A DNA stretch of 64,000 nt from Candidatus Hydrothermarchaeales archaeon (GCA_036444275.1 JAZGAD010000047.1:1-64000), one strand, 5' to 3'. Positions 1 through 10,630 are shown, numbered from the stretch's first letter. The notes: generated by a model not told the origin, from the letters alone. Numbers and translations are program-made.

Positions 1-23
1 CAACGGACAACCTGCTAGCATTT

Positions 24-1286
24 ATGGCTGTTTACAACTTGCTGGCATTCCTAGCTGTTTACTTGAAGCGCTCTGGCATCGAATTTGTAGATGAAGTCAT
101 GGATACTGTGCTCTGCCCTGACCTCAAGGCTGATTTGAAGCTCAGGGATTATCAAGAGGATGCACTGAGCACTTGGTTCAGGTCCGGGAAGCGCGGCGTA
201 ATAGTACTTCCAACAGGCTCCGGGAAGACCGTTATTGGAATAGAGGCTATCTCCCTATGTAATGTCTCCAGTTTAGTAGTTGTGCCTACTCTTGATTTGA
301 TGGATCAGTGGAAACAGCGTTTGGAGGGTGAATTCAACGTAGAGGTTGGAAGCTATGGTGGCGGCTCCCATGAGCTCCAGGGAATAACTGTGTCCACCTA
401 TGATACTGCTTATCTCCGAGCAGAAGAACTCGGGAATCAATTCGCGCTCATAATATTCGACGAAGTTCATCACCTGCCAGCGCCTGGGTATTCCAACATT
501 GCAGAGATGTTTGCTTCGCCCTACCGCCTGGGTTTGACGGCCACCTATGAGCGGGAGGATGGACTGCACAAGGAGCTCCCTAGGCTGGTGGGCGGCAAGG
601 TCTTCGAGATGGAGGTGAAGGAGCTAGCGGGTAAGCATCTGGCGAATTACGATCTTGAGCTCATCCGCACTGAACTCACGCCTGACGAGAAGAGGGAATA
701 CGACGAGAACTATGGGGAATATCTAAACTATCTCAGGGCTACTCGGATCAAAATTAAGACGCCTAGGGACTTCCAGCGCTTCATAATGAGAACAGGCACA
801 GATCCTAAGGCGAGAAAGGCGCTGCTCGCCAGGCATAGAGCCAAGTCGATAGCCCTTAACTCTTTCTCGAAGATTCATGTATTGAGGGACCTACTAGCAA
901 AGCATAGCGGCAGTAGGATGCTCATCTTCACCCAGCACAACGAGCTGGTGCACCGGATATCTAGGGAATTCCTGATACCGTCGATCACCCATAAGACGGC
1001 TAAGGATGAACGTAGGGAGAACCTGGATCGCTTTAGAGATGGAAGGTATGGTACCCTGGTTACGTCTAAGGTGCTTGATGAGGGCGTGGATGTGCCAGAG
1101 GCAAATATTGGCGTGATACTGAGCGGCAGTGGCAGCACACGGGAATACCGGCAGCGCCTGGGTAGATTGTTGAGGAAGAAGGATGGAAAGCGAGCTATCT
1201 TGTATGAGATAGTGTCCAGAGGCACATCCGAGGTCGGCACTTCTCGGAGGAGGCACACACCAGTTGCTAAAAAGCTGAGGGGTTGA
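24..1286 (+). CDS. xpb: XPB/Rad25-type SF2 DNA repair helicase (frame open to window edge; true start may lie upstream)
   Basis: LRDYQ Q-motif, LPTGSGKT Walker A, DEVH, TAT, RED (YEREDG), VLDEGVDVP, QRLGR motifs; followed by Bax1-like gene. Confidence 0.88.
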   Translation: MAVYNLLAFLAVYLKRSGIEFVDEVMDTVLCPDLKADLKLRDYQEDALSTWFRSGKRGVIVLPTGSGKTVIGIEAISLCNVSSLVVVPTLDLMDQWKQRLEGEFNVEVGSYGGGSHELQGITVSTYDTAYLRAEELGNQFALIIFDEVHHLPAPGYSNIAEMFASPYRLGLTATYEREDGLHKELPRLVGGKVFEMEVKELAGKHLANYDLELIRTELTPDEKREYDENYGEYLNYLRATRIKIKTPRDFQRFIMRTGTDPKARKALLARHRAKSIALNSFSKIHVLRDLLAKHSGSRMLIFTQHNELVHRISREFLIPSITHKTAKDERRENLDRFRDGRYGTLVTSKVLDEGVDVPEANIGVILSGSGSTREYRQRLGRLLRKKDGKRAILYEIVSRGTSEVGTSRRRHTPVAKKLRG

Positions 1287-1295
1287 GAAAGGATA

Positions 1296-2819
1296 ATGCT
1301 CCCGAGCGAGCTTTTAGTGGCGAGGCAGAGAAGTGGGAAGGTATTCCCAAAGTTCGTTGAGATAACCGAGAATAACTTGGAGCTGGCTTCTAGCCTTATA
1401 GACATTTTCAAGGGCTACATTGGTAAGAAGTTCGGTGAGTTAGCTAAGATAGTTGACGAGATAGAGGAAGACAGTGCATTTGACCACCGCCTGATAAGGG
1501 GTCTTGAAACGCTATTGCTGAGGCGCTGCGAGTTTGAGTTGGAGAGTGTGGTAAACCCGTTTACGGCGAGGCGGGCTGTGTTTGAGGAGGCAAATAAGGC
1601 TGGAGCTGTCACCACAGATGAAAGTAGGAACGCAGTGCTCGCCAAAGTGGCTGATAACTTTAGTATATCAGTAGATGATCTGGAGAGATCCCTATGGGCT
1701 GACCAGGAGGAAGAGCAGGTGCTCCGGAACTTCGATTCCCAAGCACCAGAAGACCTACTAAAGCAATACAATCTCTCCCTGGCGCAGACCATGCTTTTCA
1801 GGGCTTCTGGCATGCAGGTATCACTATCTGGGAACTATAAGGAGGTATTCAAGAGAATTAAATATTTTGGTTTGATGTACACTGCCGAGAAAAAAGATGA
1901 GAGATTCTATGTCGATATAGAAGGGCCATTAGCTCTCCTGAAGATGACCGAGAAGTACGGCGTGTCGCTGGCGAAATTGCTGCCAAGCATAATCAGAACA
2001 GAGGATTGGGATATACATGCAAGGGTATTGTGGAGGGATAAGAAGACCCTGATTTTTGAGTTGGATAGCAGTTATAAGAGGCTTTTCCCATCAGATAAGG
2101 TAGAGGAGGCATATGACAGCACTGTTGAGGAAAAGTTCGCCTCTAAATTCAATTCGTTGCAGACTGGCTGGACCTTGAAGAGGGAGCCAGAGGCCTTGAT
2201 CGCCGGTAGCTCCATTATGATCCCTGATTTTGGGTTTCAAAAACGCGGTATGAAATTTTATATGGAAGTCGTGGGGTTCTGGACCCCCGAGTACCTCAAG
2301 AAGAAGCTGGAGAAGCTATCCAAGGTAGAGGAGGACCTTATCTTAGCTGTGGACAAAGCCCTAGCGTGCTCTAAGTTCGAGGAATTCGGGAAGGTAATCT
2401 ACTACACTAAGGAGGTCTCGGTGAAGGCTGTTCTCGACATCCTGCGGATGCATGAAAAAGAAGAGACAGAGAAAGAGCTGAAGGAGATCGCTACACGGGA
2501 GATAGATCTGGGTGGGAGAGCTGTCATAAGCCTTGAGGACCTATCACAGGAGCAAGATATCAGTATAGATGCAGCAAAGAAATATTCTGAAAGCCTTGAG
2601 GACTATGTCTTGATCGGGAGGGAGTTAGTAAGCTATAAAAAGATGGAAGAAATCCGAGAGGAATTAAAGGATAAGCTAGGTTCAAAATACTCTGACGTAG
2701 CCTCTTTTCTAGAACAGGAAGGTATCTCAAGTACAAATCAAATGCTCAGCCATCTAGGGTATGCTGTGACGTGGCAAGGTCTGAATCCTGATAGCGCAGT
2801 AGTGGTTAAAAAAAGCTGA
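1296..2819 (+). CDS. bax1: Bax1/DUF790 family endonuclease, partner of XPB
   Basis: MLPSELL N-terminus, YDSTVEEKF, REPE, IPDF, EVVGFWTPEYL motifs typical of DUF790; 9 bp downstream of xpb. Confidence 0.85.
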   Translation: MLPSELLVARQRSGKVFPKFVEITENNLELASSLIDIFKGYIGKKFGELAKIVDEIEEDSAFDHRLIRGLETLLLRRCEFELESVVNPFTARRAVFEEANKAGAVTTDESRNAVLAKVADNFSISVDDLERSLWADQEEEQVLRNFDSQAPEDLLKQYNLSLAQTMLFRASGMQVSLSGNYKEVFKRIKYFGLMYTAEKKDERFYVDIEGPLALLKMTEKYGVSLAKLLPSIIRTEDWDIHARVLWRDKKTLIFELDSSYKRLFPSDKVEEAYDSTVEEKFASKFNSLQTGWTLKREPEALIAGSSIMIPDFGFQKRGMKFYMEVVGFWTPEYLKKKLEKLSKVEEDLILAVDKALACSKFEEFGKVIYYTKEVSVKAVLDILRMHEKEETEKELKEIATREIDLGGRAVISLEDLSQEQDISIDAAKKYSESLEDYVLIGRELVSYKKMEEIREELKDKLGSKYSDVASFLEQEGISSTNQMLSHLGYAVTWQGLNPDSAVVVKKS

Positions 2820-2883
2820 GACTAGCTAGTTAGTATCGTATCGTTCCGGTAAATTTATATCATGAAATTCGAATGGAGAAGCA

Positions 2884-3891
2884 ATGCCTGGAGTCGTTGA
2901 AGCCCTCTTAAAGCCAGACGCCTATGATGTGGAAGTGAAAGGCGAGATCAAGCTGATGCAGACCCACATCTCCTACGTATTCCTCACAGGTGACTATGCC
3001 TACAAGGTTAAGAAGCCTGTGGACTTCGGCTTCCTGGATTTTACTACCTTGGACAAGCGCCAGTTCTACTGCCAAGAGGAGCTCAGGCTGAACAGACGAC
3101 TTTGCGGCGATATGTATCTCGAAGTTGTACCCATTAACCGCTATAACGATGTTATAAAGATGAAAGGACCCGGCGAGACTGTGGAGTATGCTGTTAAGAT
3201 GCGACAGCTCCCCCAGGAAGCGATTATGAGCGAGCTGCTGGAGAAAGGGGATGTAACGGAAAAACAAATCGAGGAGATAGCCCGCCTGCTTGTGGATTTC
3301 CACACTAGGGCAACGGTTGGTGGATTAGATGAGGACTACGGCTCTGTCGAACAGGTGCGGGCGAACTGGATCCAGAATTTCGAACAGACTAGGCACCTGC
3401 GCGGAGGCGTGGTGGATGCTAGTGCTTACGACCGCCTTGAAGATAAAGTCATGAAGTTCATAGAGGAGAAAGAGGGACTGATTGAGGAGCGCGTAGTAGC
3501 GGGCAGGGTGCGGGAATGCCACGGCGACGTGCACTCCGGGAACATCTTCATAGTGGGCGACGAAATTTACATCTTTGATGGTATAGAGTTCAACAAGGCC
3601 TTCAGCTTCACCGATGTGGCTGCGGAGGTGGCCTTCCTAGCCATGGACCTGGAATTTTATAATAGAGAAGATCTGGCTGGACTATTCCTTGAGGAATACG
3701 TGAAGAGGAGCGGAGACCAAGGGTTGAAGCAACTCCTTCCCTTCTACAAGTGCTATCGAGCCTACGTCAGAGCCAAGGTGACGGGTTTAAGGCTGACAGA
3801 AAAAAATCTTGACCCTGTGGAAAGGAAGGGGATAGAAGAAGGGGCCCGGCTATATTTCGAACTGGCATCGAGATATGCAGAGGGGCTCTAG
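2884..3891 (+). CDS. Aminoglycoside-phosphotransferase-like kinase (COG2187-type N-terminal domain)
   Basis: THISYVFLTGDYAYKVKKPVDFGFLDF, ELRLNRRL, ECHGDVHSGNI, FDGIEFN, DVAAEVAFLAMDL. Confidence 0.8.
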   Translation: MPGVVEALLKPDAYDVEVKGEIKLMQTHISYVFLTGDYAYKVKKPVDFGFLDFTTLDKRQFYCQEELRLNRRLCGDMYLEVVPINRYNDVIKMKGPGETVEYAVKMRQLPQEAIMSELLEKGDVTEKQIEEIARLLVDFHTRATVGGLDEDYGSVEQVRANWIQNFEQTRHLRGGVVDASAYDRLEDKVMKFIEEKEGLIEERVVAGRVRECHGDVHSGNIFIVGDEIYIFDGIEFNKAFSFTDVAAEVAFLAMDLEFYNREDLAGLFLEEYVKRSGDQGLKQLLPFYKCYRAYVRAKVTGLRLTEKNLDPVERKGIEEGARLYFELASRYAEGL

Positions 3892-3900
3892 TCATTTGAG

Positions 3901-4416
3901 CTATCTGCGACTCCACTTTTGGAGGTCCATCTTATTGTAAAGCTCGCTCAAGTTGTCCCTCAAGGGATTACTAGTATCCAGTATGATATGCTCCCTCTTT
4001 ATGGGCTCGTACTGGACCTTGACTTTCTTGTAGACCTCGTAGTCAGCGTCAGACAGAGTCCTCCGCCTGGCACGCCTCTCCATCCTCCTCTTAATAACGC
4101 TTTCAGGGGCGATGCACTCCACTACGGTCATCTCACTCCTCGTCGCAGCTGCAATGCTGTATATCCGCCTCCTTAACTCCATTTTATAAAAGGTGCCGTC
4201 TATAATGACATTCCGCCTCGCTCTCAAGAGGTGTTCAGCGATGAGAAAGGTCGCCTTGTAGACCAGTTCCTTTTCCTCCTCAGAGTATGTGAGCGGCTCA
4301 AGGATGCGCTTTCTCACCTCGTCTGTTCTAAGAACGCTGGCTCGAATATTCCTTGCGAGACGATAGGAGATGGTGCTCTTTCCTGTACCCGGCAGTCCAG
4401 TAATCAATACCAGCAT
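3901..4416 (-). CDS. AAA_33/gluconate-kinase-like P-loop kinase (COG0645-type)
   Basis: GLPGTGKST Walker A, LRTDEVRK, IIDGTF, SDAD motif. Confidence 0.8.
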   Translation of the reverse strand: MLVLITGLPGTGKSTISYRLARNIRASVLRTDEVRKRILEPLTYSEEEKELVYKATFLIAEHLLRARRNVIIDGTFYKMELRRRIYSIAAATRSEMTVVECIAPESVIKRRMERRARRRTLSDADYEVYKKVKVQYEPIKREHIILDTSNPLRDNLSELYNKMDLQKWSRR

Positions 4417-4493
4417 AGTATGGAGTTAGAGCACACATCATATAAATTAAACGTTGGGAAAATACTTATACAGTCCCAGCACTCTTTAATATA

Positions 4494-5405
4494 ATGATTG
4501 CCATAGCCCATGATAGAGACGTGGACGGCCTAGCATGTCACGCTATCCTACGCAGATACTGCTTTTCCAGTGACAGAAAAATCAGACACATATTTGCAGA
4601 CTACACCGACCTCTGTTTGAAAGTGGAGGGAATACGCGGGAGCAGAGGGGAGGAGATAGTTATAGCAGACCTAGGTTTCAGCGAGCCTGTAGCGGGCTGC
4701 CTGCCTCTTTTGAAAGAGCTGGCTAAAGATAATGAGGTAAAATGGTTTGACCACCATGACTGGTCGGGAGTAAAGATTCCAAGGTCCATCAAGTTGCATG
4801 TGGATATGGAACACTGTGCCGCAGAGCTCGTGGCCGGGAACTACATGCCAAGAGATGATGTAGCATTGAAGCTTGCAGCTTTAGCTAGAGCGCAGGATTT
4901 CATGGAAAAAAACAATGATGCATGGAGACTTTATGACGTAATTTCAGCAGGCTTTGACAAACTGCACCTCGTAAAGCTTCTAGCCAAAGGCGTTTTCTGG
5001 AACATTGAACTGGAGACATGCTACAGGGATTACCAAGAGGTAAAGGACCAGGGATTCGTATATCTAAAGGAGCACTCCAAGTACTATCGAATCGGCGAAT
5101 GGATGTGTCTAATGGGCTATTCCAAAGACGAGTTGAGTTCCACCATAGCAAGCACACACTTATTGGAGAAGAAGTCCGACTTTGCCATATGCACCTGGCC
5201 CAATGGAAAGATGAGCTTCAGGAGGAATAATCCCGAAATAGACCTCAAAAAGATAGCCGCCCTATTCAAAGGCGGTGGAAGAGAGACTGCAGCAGGAGGC
5301 CACTATGAAGGCGAGGTAACAGAAGAGGATTACCTCCGAGTATTCGATGCAATAATGGAGAGGATCAGTCGGAGCTACGAGGAATTGAACGGATTTCGAT
5401 CTTGA
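4494..5405 (+). CDS. DHH/DHHA1 family phosphoesterase
   Basis: HDRDVDG, ADLG, FDHH, C-terminal SFRR...GGGR..AAG. Confidence 0.8.
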   Translation: MIAIAHDRDVDGLACHAILRRYCFSSDRKIRHIFADYTDLCLKVEGIRGSRGEEIVIADLGFSEPVAGCLPLLKELAKDNEVKWFDHHDWSGVKIPRSIKLHVDMEHCAAELVAGNYMPRDDVALKLAALARAQDFMEKNNDAWRLYDVISAGFDKLHLVKLLAKGVFWNIELETCYRDYQEVKDQGFVYLKEHSKYYRIGEWMCLMGYSKDELSSTIASTHLLEKKSDFAICTWPNGKMSFRRNNPEIDLKKIAALFKGGGRETAAGGHYEGEVTEEDYLRVFDAIMERISRSYEELNGFRS

Positions 5406-6687
5406 CTCTGAGTTCCTCTTCTTCTAATCCAGAGAGTTCTTCCTCTAACTTGGATCTTAAGTCAGGTATTTGTTTTTTCAAATCCTTGCTTTCTTTCTTG
5501 AGCGTTTCTTTTTCATCCCTTATACGCTTCACGTCATCCCTGATTTTTTCCAGATCACCAAGTAATCTCTCATGCTTCTCTTCTATCTCAGGATCTATGG
5601 GCATGTCCGTTAGTCCTTGGAATTCCTTCATTAAGTCGTCCATCAGGGCTTCCTCCAAATGAAGTTTCTCCTTTTCCTTCGTGCTCAGTACGAGGGAGCC
5701 CTCTTCTACTGTCCTTCGAAGCCCTTCCATGATTCCTTTTAAGCCGGAATATCCGGCTTCCTCGGAGAAGAAGGTGGATGATGGGTCCTTGATATACCCA
5801 TTCAAGATTTTGTCTTTTTCACCCGGACTTCCTAGTAGTTTCTTGTATTTCCTGAATATTCTATTCTTAGGTCCAATTATGTTCAAAACCCTAGACCTAA
5901 GCATTTCCCTCTTTTGCTCCTGCCCTCCCAACTGCTCTCTTTTTTTAAGATACCCCTGGTATGTCTCACCAGATTCCCAAGCTGATATCTCCCTCCCCTT
6001 CGCCTTCTCCGCACGCTCTAAATCATTGCTCTCTTTTTTTAAGTCCCGCTTTCTATCCGCTATACCTCTCAGCAGGACAAGCTTCTCTTCTAATTCCTGT
6101 CTCTTTGAATCTAAGTCCTCAATGAGTCCCAGCTTCTCCTCGCTTTCACTCAGCAGCTCCCCCATCTCCTGATTTATGTCTATAATACGGTTCAATACTT
6201 TCCCCAAGCTAAGCAGCTCCTCCCTGAAAACTACTACGAGATATCTCCCTTGATGGAGCTGGACCTTTTCAACGGCCTTTAGTGCTGCAAGAGTAGCTTT
6301 ATAAAATTCCTTAAGCCCTTCGAATGACTCTTGCGGCAGCGACATACCTGAGATAGCCTCATGGACACCCCTGATGTAAGTGGGCCTGTGGGTAATGGCC
6401 GGCTTATACACCCTCTTCTTAACATCCTCAGGGAATTCATGCTCTCCCAGCTCATCCACACTGTCTACTACCCCCTTCTTCAGGTCCAAGATTTTCTCAG
6501 CCTTTTCCATCAGCAATTTACTGGCCCGTTCCCGCTCAACAGCCATACTGCTCTTAAGCCGCTTCTCCAGACCTTTCAAATTCAATTTTTCCCCAGAGAG
6601 TTGCTTCCCTTTATCCTCTCTCTTTTTCTTCATGCCAAATAATCTATCTAGGAATCCCACCATCCTCCATACATTATACCTTACCAC
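5365..6687 (-). CDS. Long coiled-coil hypothetical protein (start probably near 6663)
   Basis: Lys/Glu/Leu-rich heptad pattern, GFLDRLFG amphipathic N-terminus, no catalytic motif seen. Confidence 0.65.
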   Translation of the reverse strand: MVRYNVWRMVGFLDRLFGMKKKREDKGKQLSGEKLNLKGLEKRLKSSMAVERERASKLLMEKAEKILDLKKGVVDSVDELGEHEFPEDVKKRVYKPAITHRPTYIRGVHEAISGMSLPQESFEGLKEFYKATLAALKAVEKVQLHQGRYLVVVFREELLSLGKVLNRIIDINQEMGELLSESEEKLGLIEDLDSKRQELEEKLVLLRGIADRKRDLKKESNDLERAEKAKGREISAWESGETYQGYLKKREQLGGQEQKREMLRSRVLNIIGPKNRIFRKYKKLLGSPGEKDKILNGYIKDPSSTFFSEEAGYSGLKGIMEGLRRTVEEGSLVLSTKEKEKLHLEEALMDDLMKEFQGLTDMPIDPEIEEKHERLLGDLEKIRDDVKRIRDEKETLKKESKDLKKQIPDLRSKLEEELSGLEEEELRVKIEIRSIPRSSD

Positions 6688-6742
6688 ATAAAAATTATTT
6701 CAATCCCCCCTCACCCCCACGACCACTAAAATCGAAAGACTG

Positions 6743-8149
6743 TCAGTTCATGGAGTATTCTACTATCCTGGCGAATGCCGTTCGGGTTATAAATACGCCA
6801 GCAGTAGCACCTATAATGGTTGTTACAGCAAAGCCCTCCAACATACCTAGTGCTATGATAAAGAGGGGCACCATGGCCGCGACTAAGGTGAAATACGTGC
6901 CCATGACAATGAAGAAAGCCTTCGATATCCTGGTCCTGACCCGCCCTGCCGTCTCCAACAGGATCTCATCGAGTATGACTATCTGGTCATCTACGCCTGT
7001 GCCAACTGCAGCTATTATCCCTGCTATGGCAGGCATGTCTATATCCCATCTTATCAGGGAGGCTACCCCTAAGATTATTATCACCTCGCTTAGGCCTGTT
7101 ACTAGTATCGGCAAGACCAAGACTGGCTTCCTATACCTGAGGAACACTACTGCAGCGACACCTAGGAAGGCCAAGAAGCCAGCGAGTAAAGCATTCCTTG
7201 CGAAGCCTGCGCCCAGAGTAGGGGATATACCATAGGTCCCAACCACAGAGACCTTTATAGGCAGAGCCCCGGATCGGAGGATCGCTTCTATACGCTTTGC
7301 TTCCAGTCTTCCATCCTCACCGCTACCTGTTTCGATGATCAAGCCCTTTACCACCTGCCCAGCTGCCAGCTCTGCCTGCAGGCCTGGGCTGATAGGGGCA
7401 GCATTGACCAAGCCGGTTCTAGCATAGGTTATATTTCTTACATCTACACCTCGGTCTTCCAGCACCCCTTCTATTCTCTCTTTTCCACGCTCCCCTAACT
7501 CGTCTAGGGTCACATCAAGGGTTATAGTAGCAGCAAAGCCCGTTAGGTTACTACTGGCAGTGACAATCTTTCCCTCGTATCCCAGATCCTTCAGTATGTC
7601 TTCTCCCACCTCTTGGTCACTCAATATCCTTATCCCTGTTTCCTCGTCCATATACATGTAAACCCTATCGAAATCCGTAGCCACCGCAACATCCCTGAAT
7701 TTCTCCGCCGCCTGGTCTGAGAGAGTAAAAGGCACCCCCCAGCCTCCAGAGCGGGTATTCTTCCCAAATGGGTCAACCCTCTTCAATTCATCACCCGTAA
7801 AGGCAATGAAGTCACCGACTCTGACCACGAGCCTTCCGGGCTTACCTAGTAATTTCTCGGCGTCCTCTGGACTGACTCCAGCTATCTTTATGATTATGAA
7901 TTCCTCGCCCCACGGTACGACGCTGACGTCCCTCACCCCTAAGCCGCCTCTCAGCCTCTGGTCCATTATCATCACTACTTGGTCCATTTCGCTGGCGCTC
8001 AGGGAGCGCTCAGTCTGAATCTGAATAAGGCTTCCACCTTGTATATCCAAACCAGTGGATATACCTCTAGAGAATATGAGTAAAAGGGATATAACAACGG
8101 CAGCTACCATCAGGCGGACCCTGAAGTCTTCTGTTATCTTCTTGTTCAT
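6743..8149 (-). CDS. secD: Preprotein translocase subunit SecD
   Basis: GLDIQGG, LRSGALP, ISPTLG, IAGIIAAVGTGVDDQIVI; start taken at MNKKITED. Confidence 0.92.
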   Translation of the reverse strand: MNKKITEDFRVRLMVAAVVISLLLIFSRGISTGLDIQGGSLIQIQTERSLSASEMDQVVMIMDQRLRGGLGVRDVSVVPWGEEFIIIKIAGVSPEDAEKLLGKPGRLVVRVGDFIAFTGDELKRVDPFGKNTRSGGWGVPFTLSDQAAEKFRDVAVATDFDRVYMYMDEETGIRILSDQEVGEDILKDLGYEGKIVTASSNLTGFAATITLDVTLDELGERGKERIEGVLEDRGVDVRNITYARTGLVNAAPISPGLQAELAAGQVVKGLIIETGSGEDGRLEAKRIEAILRSGALPIKVSVVGTYGISPTLGAGFARNALLAGFLAFLGVAAVVFLRYRKPVLVLPILVTGLSEVIIILGVASLIRWDIDMPAIAGIIAAVGTGVDDQIVILDEILLETAGRVRTRISKAFFIVMGTYFTLVAAMVPLFIIALGMLEGFAVTTIIGATAGVFITRTAFARIVEYSMN

Positions 8150-8165
8150 TCCATAGTCACTCCCG

Positions 8166-9008
8166 TCATATTCCTTGTTTCTCAGCGTACCACTGGAGTA
8201 TCCTCGCATTCTGGAGCCAGGTATTCACTAGGTCTACTAAGAGCCCTATAAGCAGGACCACGGCTATCTCCCTCAATACCTCAGAAGTGGCTACCAAGAG
8301 GAGGATGACGACCGCAGAAAGCGTGGTGACTGTCATAGTTAGGCCAGTCTTCATTGCTTTTTCAAGTCTCTCTTCAAAACTTCCAATCTTTCTTACCAAT
8401 ATGCGGGTTGCTAACACGATGTCTGTATCCACAGAATAACCTATGAGTAAGAGGAGCGCCACAAATGAGCCTGGTGACAGTTGAATCCCTAAGAGAATCA
8501 TCACTGCGATAGTGGTAACGATATCAGAGAATGCAGAGAGTACCACTGCTAGGGATGGAGCAAGGGCTTTAAACCTTATGAAGACTACTGCTGCCATGAA
8601 TAGGAAGGCAAAAAGCACCGCTTTTACAGCTTCCCTTAGAAACCTTGCAGAGAGGCTGGGGCCAACGCTCTTGATGGCTATCTCCTCTTCTGGCACGCCC
8701 CTGGAAACTAGGAAAGTCGTTATCTCATCCTTCACAGCGCCCTCCAGATAGACGTTGGTCTCAATAGTCCTGCCTACCTCGTTGCCTGAGAGATCATTTA
8801 CTGTGCCGAATTTAAAATCAATTCCAAAGTTCTCTTCTAGTGCAGCCTCTAGTTCGCCACCGTTCGGCACATTATAGGCCGTGATCAGTGTTCCCCCTTT
8901 GAGTTCGATGCTCATTGGAATAGTGCCAGCTCTATAGTTAGACGCAAGGATGAAGCTGGCAATAAGGAGCATCCCAATAGGGACTAACACAAGTTTTTTT
9001 AAGTTCAT
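8166..9008 (-). CDS. secF: Preprotein translocase subunit SecF
   Basis: IELKGGT, VGPSL, LLLIGYSVDTDI, DLVNTWLQNA; directly upstream of secD. Confidence 0.92.
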   Translation of the reverse strand: MNLKKLVLVPIGMLLIASFILASNYRAGTIPMSIELKGGTLITAYNVPNGGELEAALEENFGIDFKFGTVNDLSGNEVGRTIETNVYLEGAVKDEITTFLVSRGVPEEEIAIKSVGPSLSARFLREAVKAVLFAFLFMAAVVFIRFKALAPSLAVVLSAFSDIVTTIAVMILLGIQLSPGSFVALLLLIGYSVDTDIVLATRILVRKIGSFEERLEKAMKTGLTMTVTTLSAVVILLLVATSEVLREIAVVLLIGLLVDLVNTWLQNARILQWYAEKQGI

Positions 9009-9102
9009 CCTAGTTATAATAGCAAGCAATTCCATAAGACCTTGAAGAATCCGTTAGGATATAAAAATTTTGGGTAAAGAAAAAATTGGAGGACTAGTAA
9101 AA

Positions 9103-9345
9103 ATGAAGGGCTACGAGATCCTATCCATTGGTTTTATCCTCATACTTCTAGGCTTCTCGCTAGTATTCATAGGTATTATAACCCACGCCACTAAGGATGC
9201 AGGTGAAATAAGGGGCGGAGGAGTGGTGATGATAGGGTCCATACCAATTGTTTTCGGAACAGACACCGAATCCGTTAAGATAGTAGTCGTCCTTGTGATA
9301 ATCCTAATCCTAGTCGCCATGCTAGCCTTGAGGTGGTGGAGTTGA
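9103..9345 (+). CDS. TIGR00304/DUF131 family small membrane protein
   Basis: GGGVVMIGSIPIVFGTD signature, two hydrophobic helices. Confidence 0.8.
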   Translation: MKGYEILSIGFILILLGFSLVFIGIITHATKDAGEIRGGGVVMIGSIPIVFGTDTESVKIVVVLVIILILVAMLALRWWS

Positions 9346-10061
9346 AACTACTCATCGACTGCAAAGGGAGGAAGTACTTAGTCGAAGGAGAAGAAATGCA
9401 CACCAATATGGGTATAGTGAAGTTCGCAGACACCAAGAATGGAAAAGTGAAGTCTCATTTAGGCCATGAGTTCTCGGTACTTGAGCCGAGAATAGTAGAT
9501 CTATACGAGAAGATGCCCCGTGCTGGAAGCATAATCCTTAAGAAAGATCTAGGAGCCATACTCGCCTACACAGGACTGGGAACCGGCGACGTGGTAGTGG
9601 ATGCTGGTGTTGGAACCGGTGCGATAGCCATTTACCTTGCCAATATAGTGCGCCCCACTGGGAAGGTCTATACATACGAGATAAGGGAGAAGCACGCTGA
9701 GATAGCCAAGAAGAACATAGCGAGGGCCGACCTCGAGGAATTCGTTGAGGTAAAGCTCATGGATATTCGTGAAGGCATAGAAGAAAAGGAGGTGGATGTA
9801 GTCACACTAGACCTTCCAGAACCCTGGAGTGTAGCGGCCAGCGCTTATAGTGCACTGAAGCATGGTGGCTTTATTGCGGCCTATACTCCTTATGTGGAGC
9901 AGACCCGAAGGGCTACTGAATCCTTCAAGGATATCGGCTTCCGGGACTTGAAAGTCCTTGAACTTTTGGAGAGAGGTCTGGAGATCAAGGAAGTAGGATG
10001 CAGACCCAAAACGAGGATGCTCGGCCATACTGCCTACCTTACCTTTGCGAGAAAGAGGTAG
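9333..10061 (+). CDS. trmI: tRNA (adenine-N1)-methyltransferase TrmI
   Basis: VDAGVGTGA SAM motif, YEIRE, LDLPEPW, YTPYVEQ, MLGHTAYL. Confidence 0.92.
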   Translation: MVELKLLIDCKGRKYLVEGEEMHTNMGIVKFADTKNGKVKSHLGHEFSVLEPRIVDLYEKMPRAGSIILKKDLGAILAYTGLGTGDVVVDAGVGTGAIAIYLANIVRPTGKVYTYEIREKHAEIAKKNIARADLEEFVEVKLMDIREGIEEKEVDVVTLDLPEPWSVAASAYSALKHGGFIAAYTPYVEQTRRATESFKDIGFRDLKVLELLERGLEIKEVGCRPKTRMLGHTAYLTFARKR

Positions 10062-10095
10062 CTGTCTACTTCTCAACTAGCAGTCACTTCTAACT

Positions 10096-10566
10096 TCAAA
10101 ATCTCAAGTCTGACAATACATCGGCCAAAAGCTTGTTATCCCAATCCAGGGGGTCTTCACCCAGTCTCTTGCCTAGGACATTGTTCAAGATGACGTATTC
10201 ACCCTCATTGATATCTTTAAGCCAAGAATGTTCAACATGACTTGGCAAGACTACCTCACCCTTCAAAGATTTCCGATAGGCATCAGGCATATCCTTATCA
10301 AGGGGAACTAGATGGAACCATTTCTTATAGAACAGCGGCCGTGTCTCCCTAGATTCCAGCTTCTTTAAGGTAACCTTGTCCTCGAAGGGAACCAACTCAG
10401 TACTCTCCAAGTGCTCCCTATTGAGCCCCAACTGATGCTCCTTCAAATCCACTGACCAGCCGCCAAAAGGCGCCAAATACTGATCCCTTAGTATACGGAT
10501 GGGAAACTTAAAACTACATTGGAAGCGTGACATCGGATTCTCTCTCCAGCATAACATTTGCGTCAA
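10096..10566 (-). CDS. Hypothetical protein
   Basis: Only sizeable ORF in the interval, protein-like composition, no recognised motif. Confidence 0.55.
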   Translation of the reverse strand: MTQMLCWRENPMSRFQCSFKFPIRILRDQYLAPFGGWSVDLKEHQLGLNREHLESTELVPFEDKVTLKKLESRETRPLFYKKWFHLVPLDKDMPDAYRKSLKGEVVLPSHVEHSWLKDINEGEYVILNNVLGKRLGEDPLDWDNKLLADVLSDLRF

Positions 10567-10630
10567 TTTCTATAATCACGTCATATATCGGAAACTATAA
10601 AAGCCAAGACGCTGAAGCATTTTTATTTAG

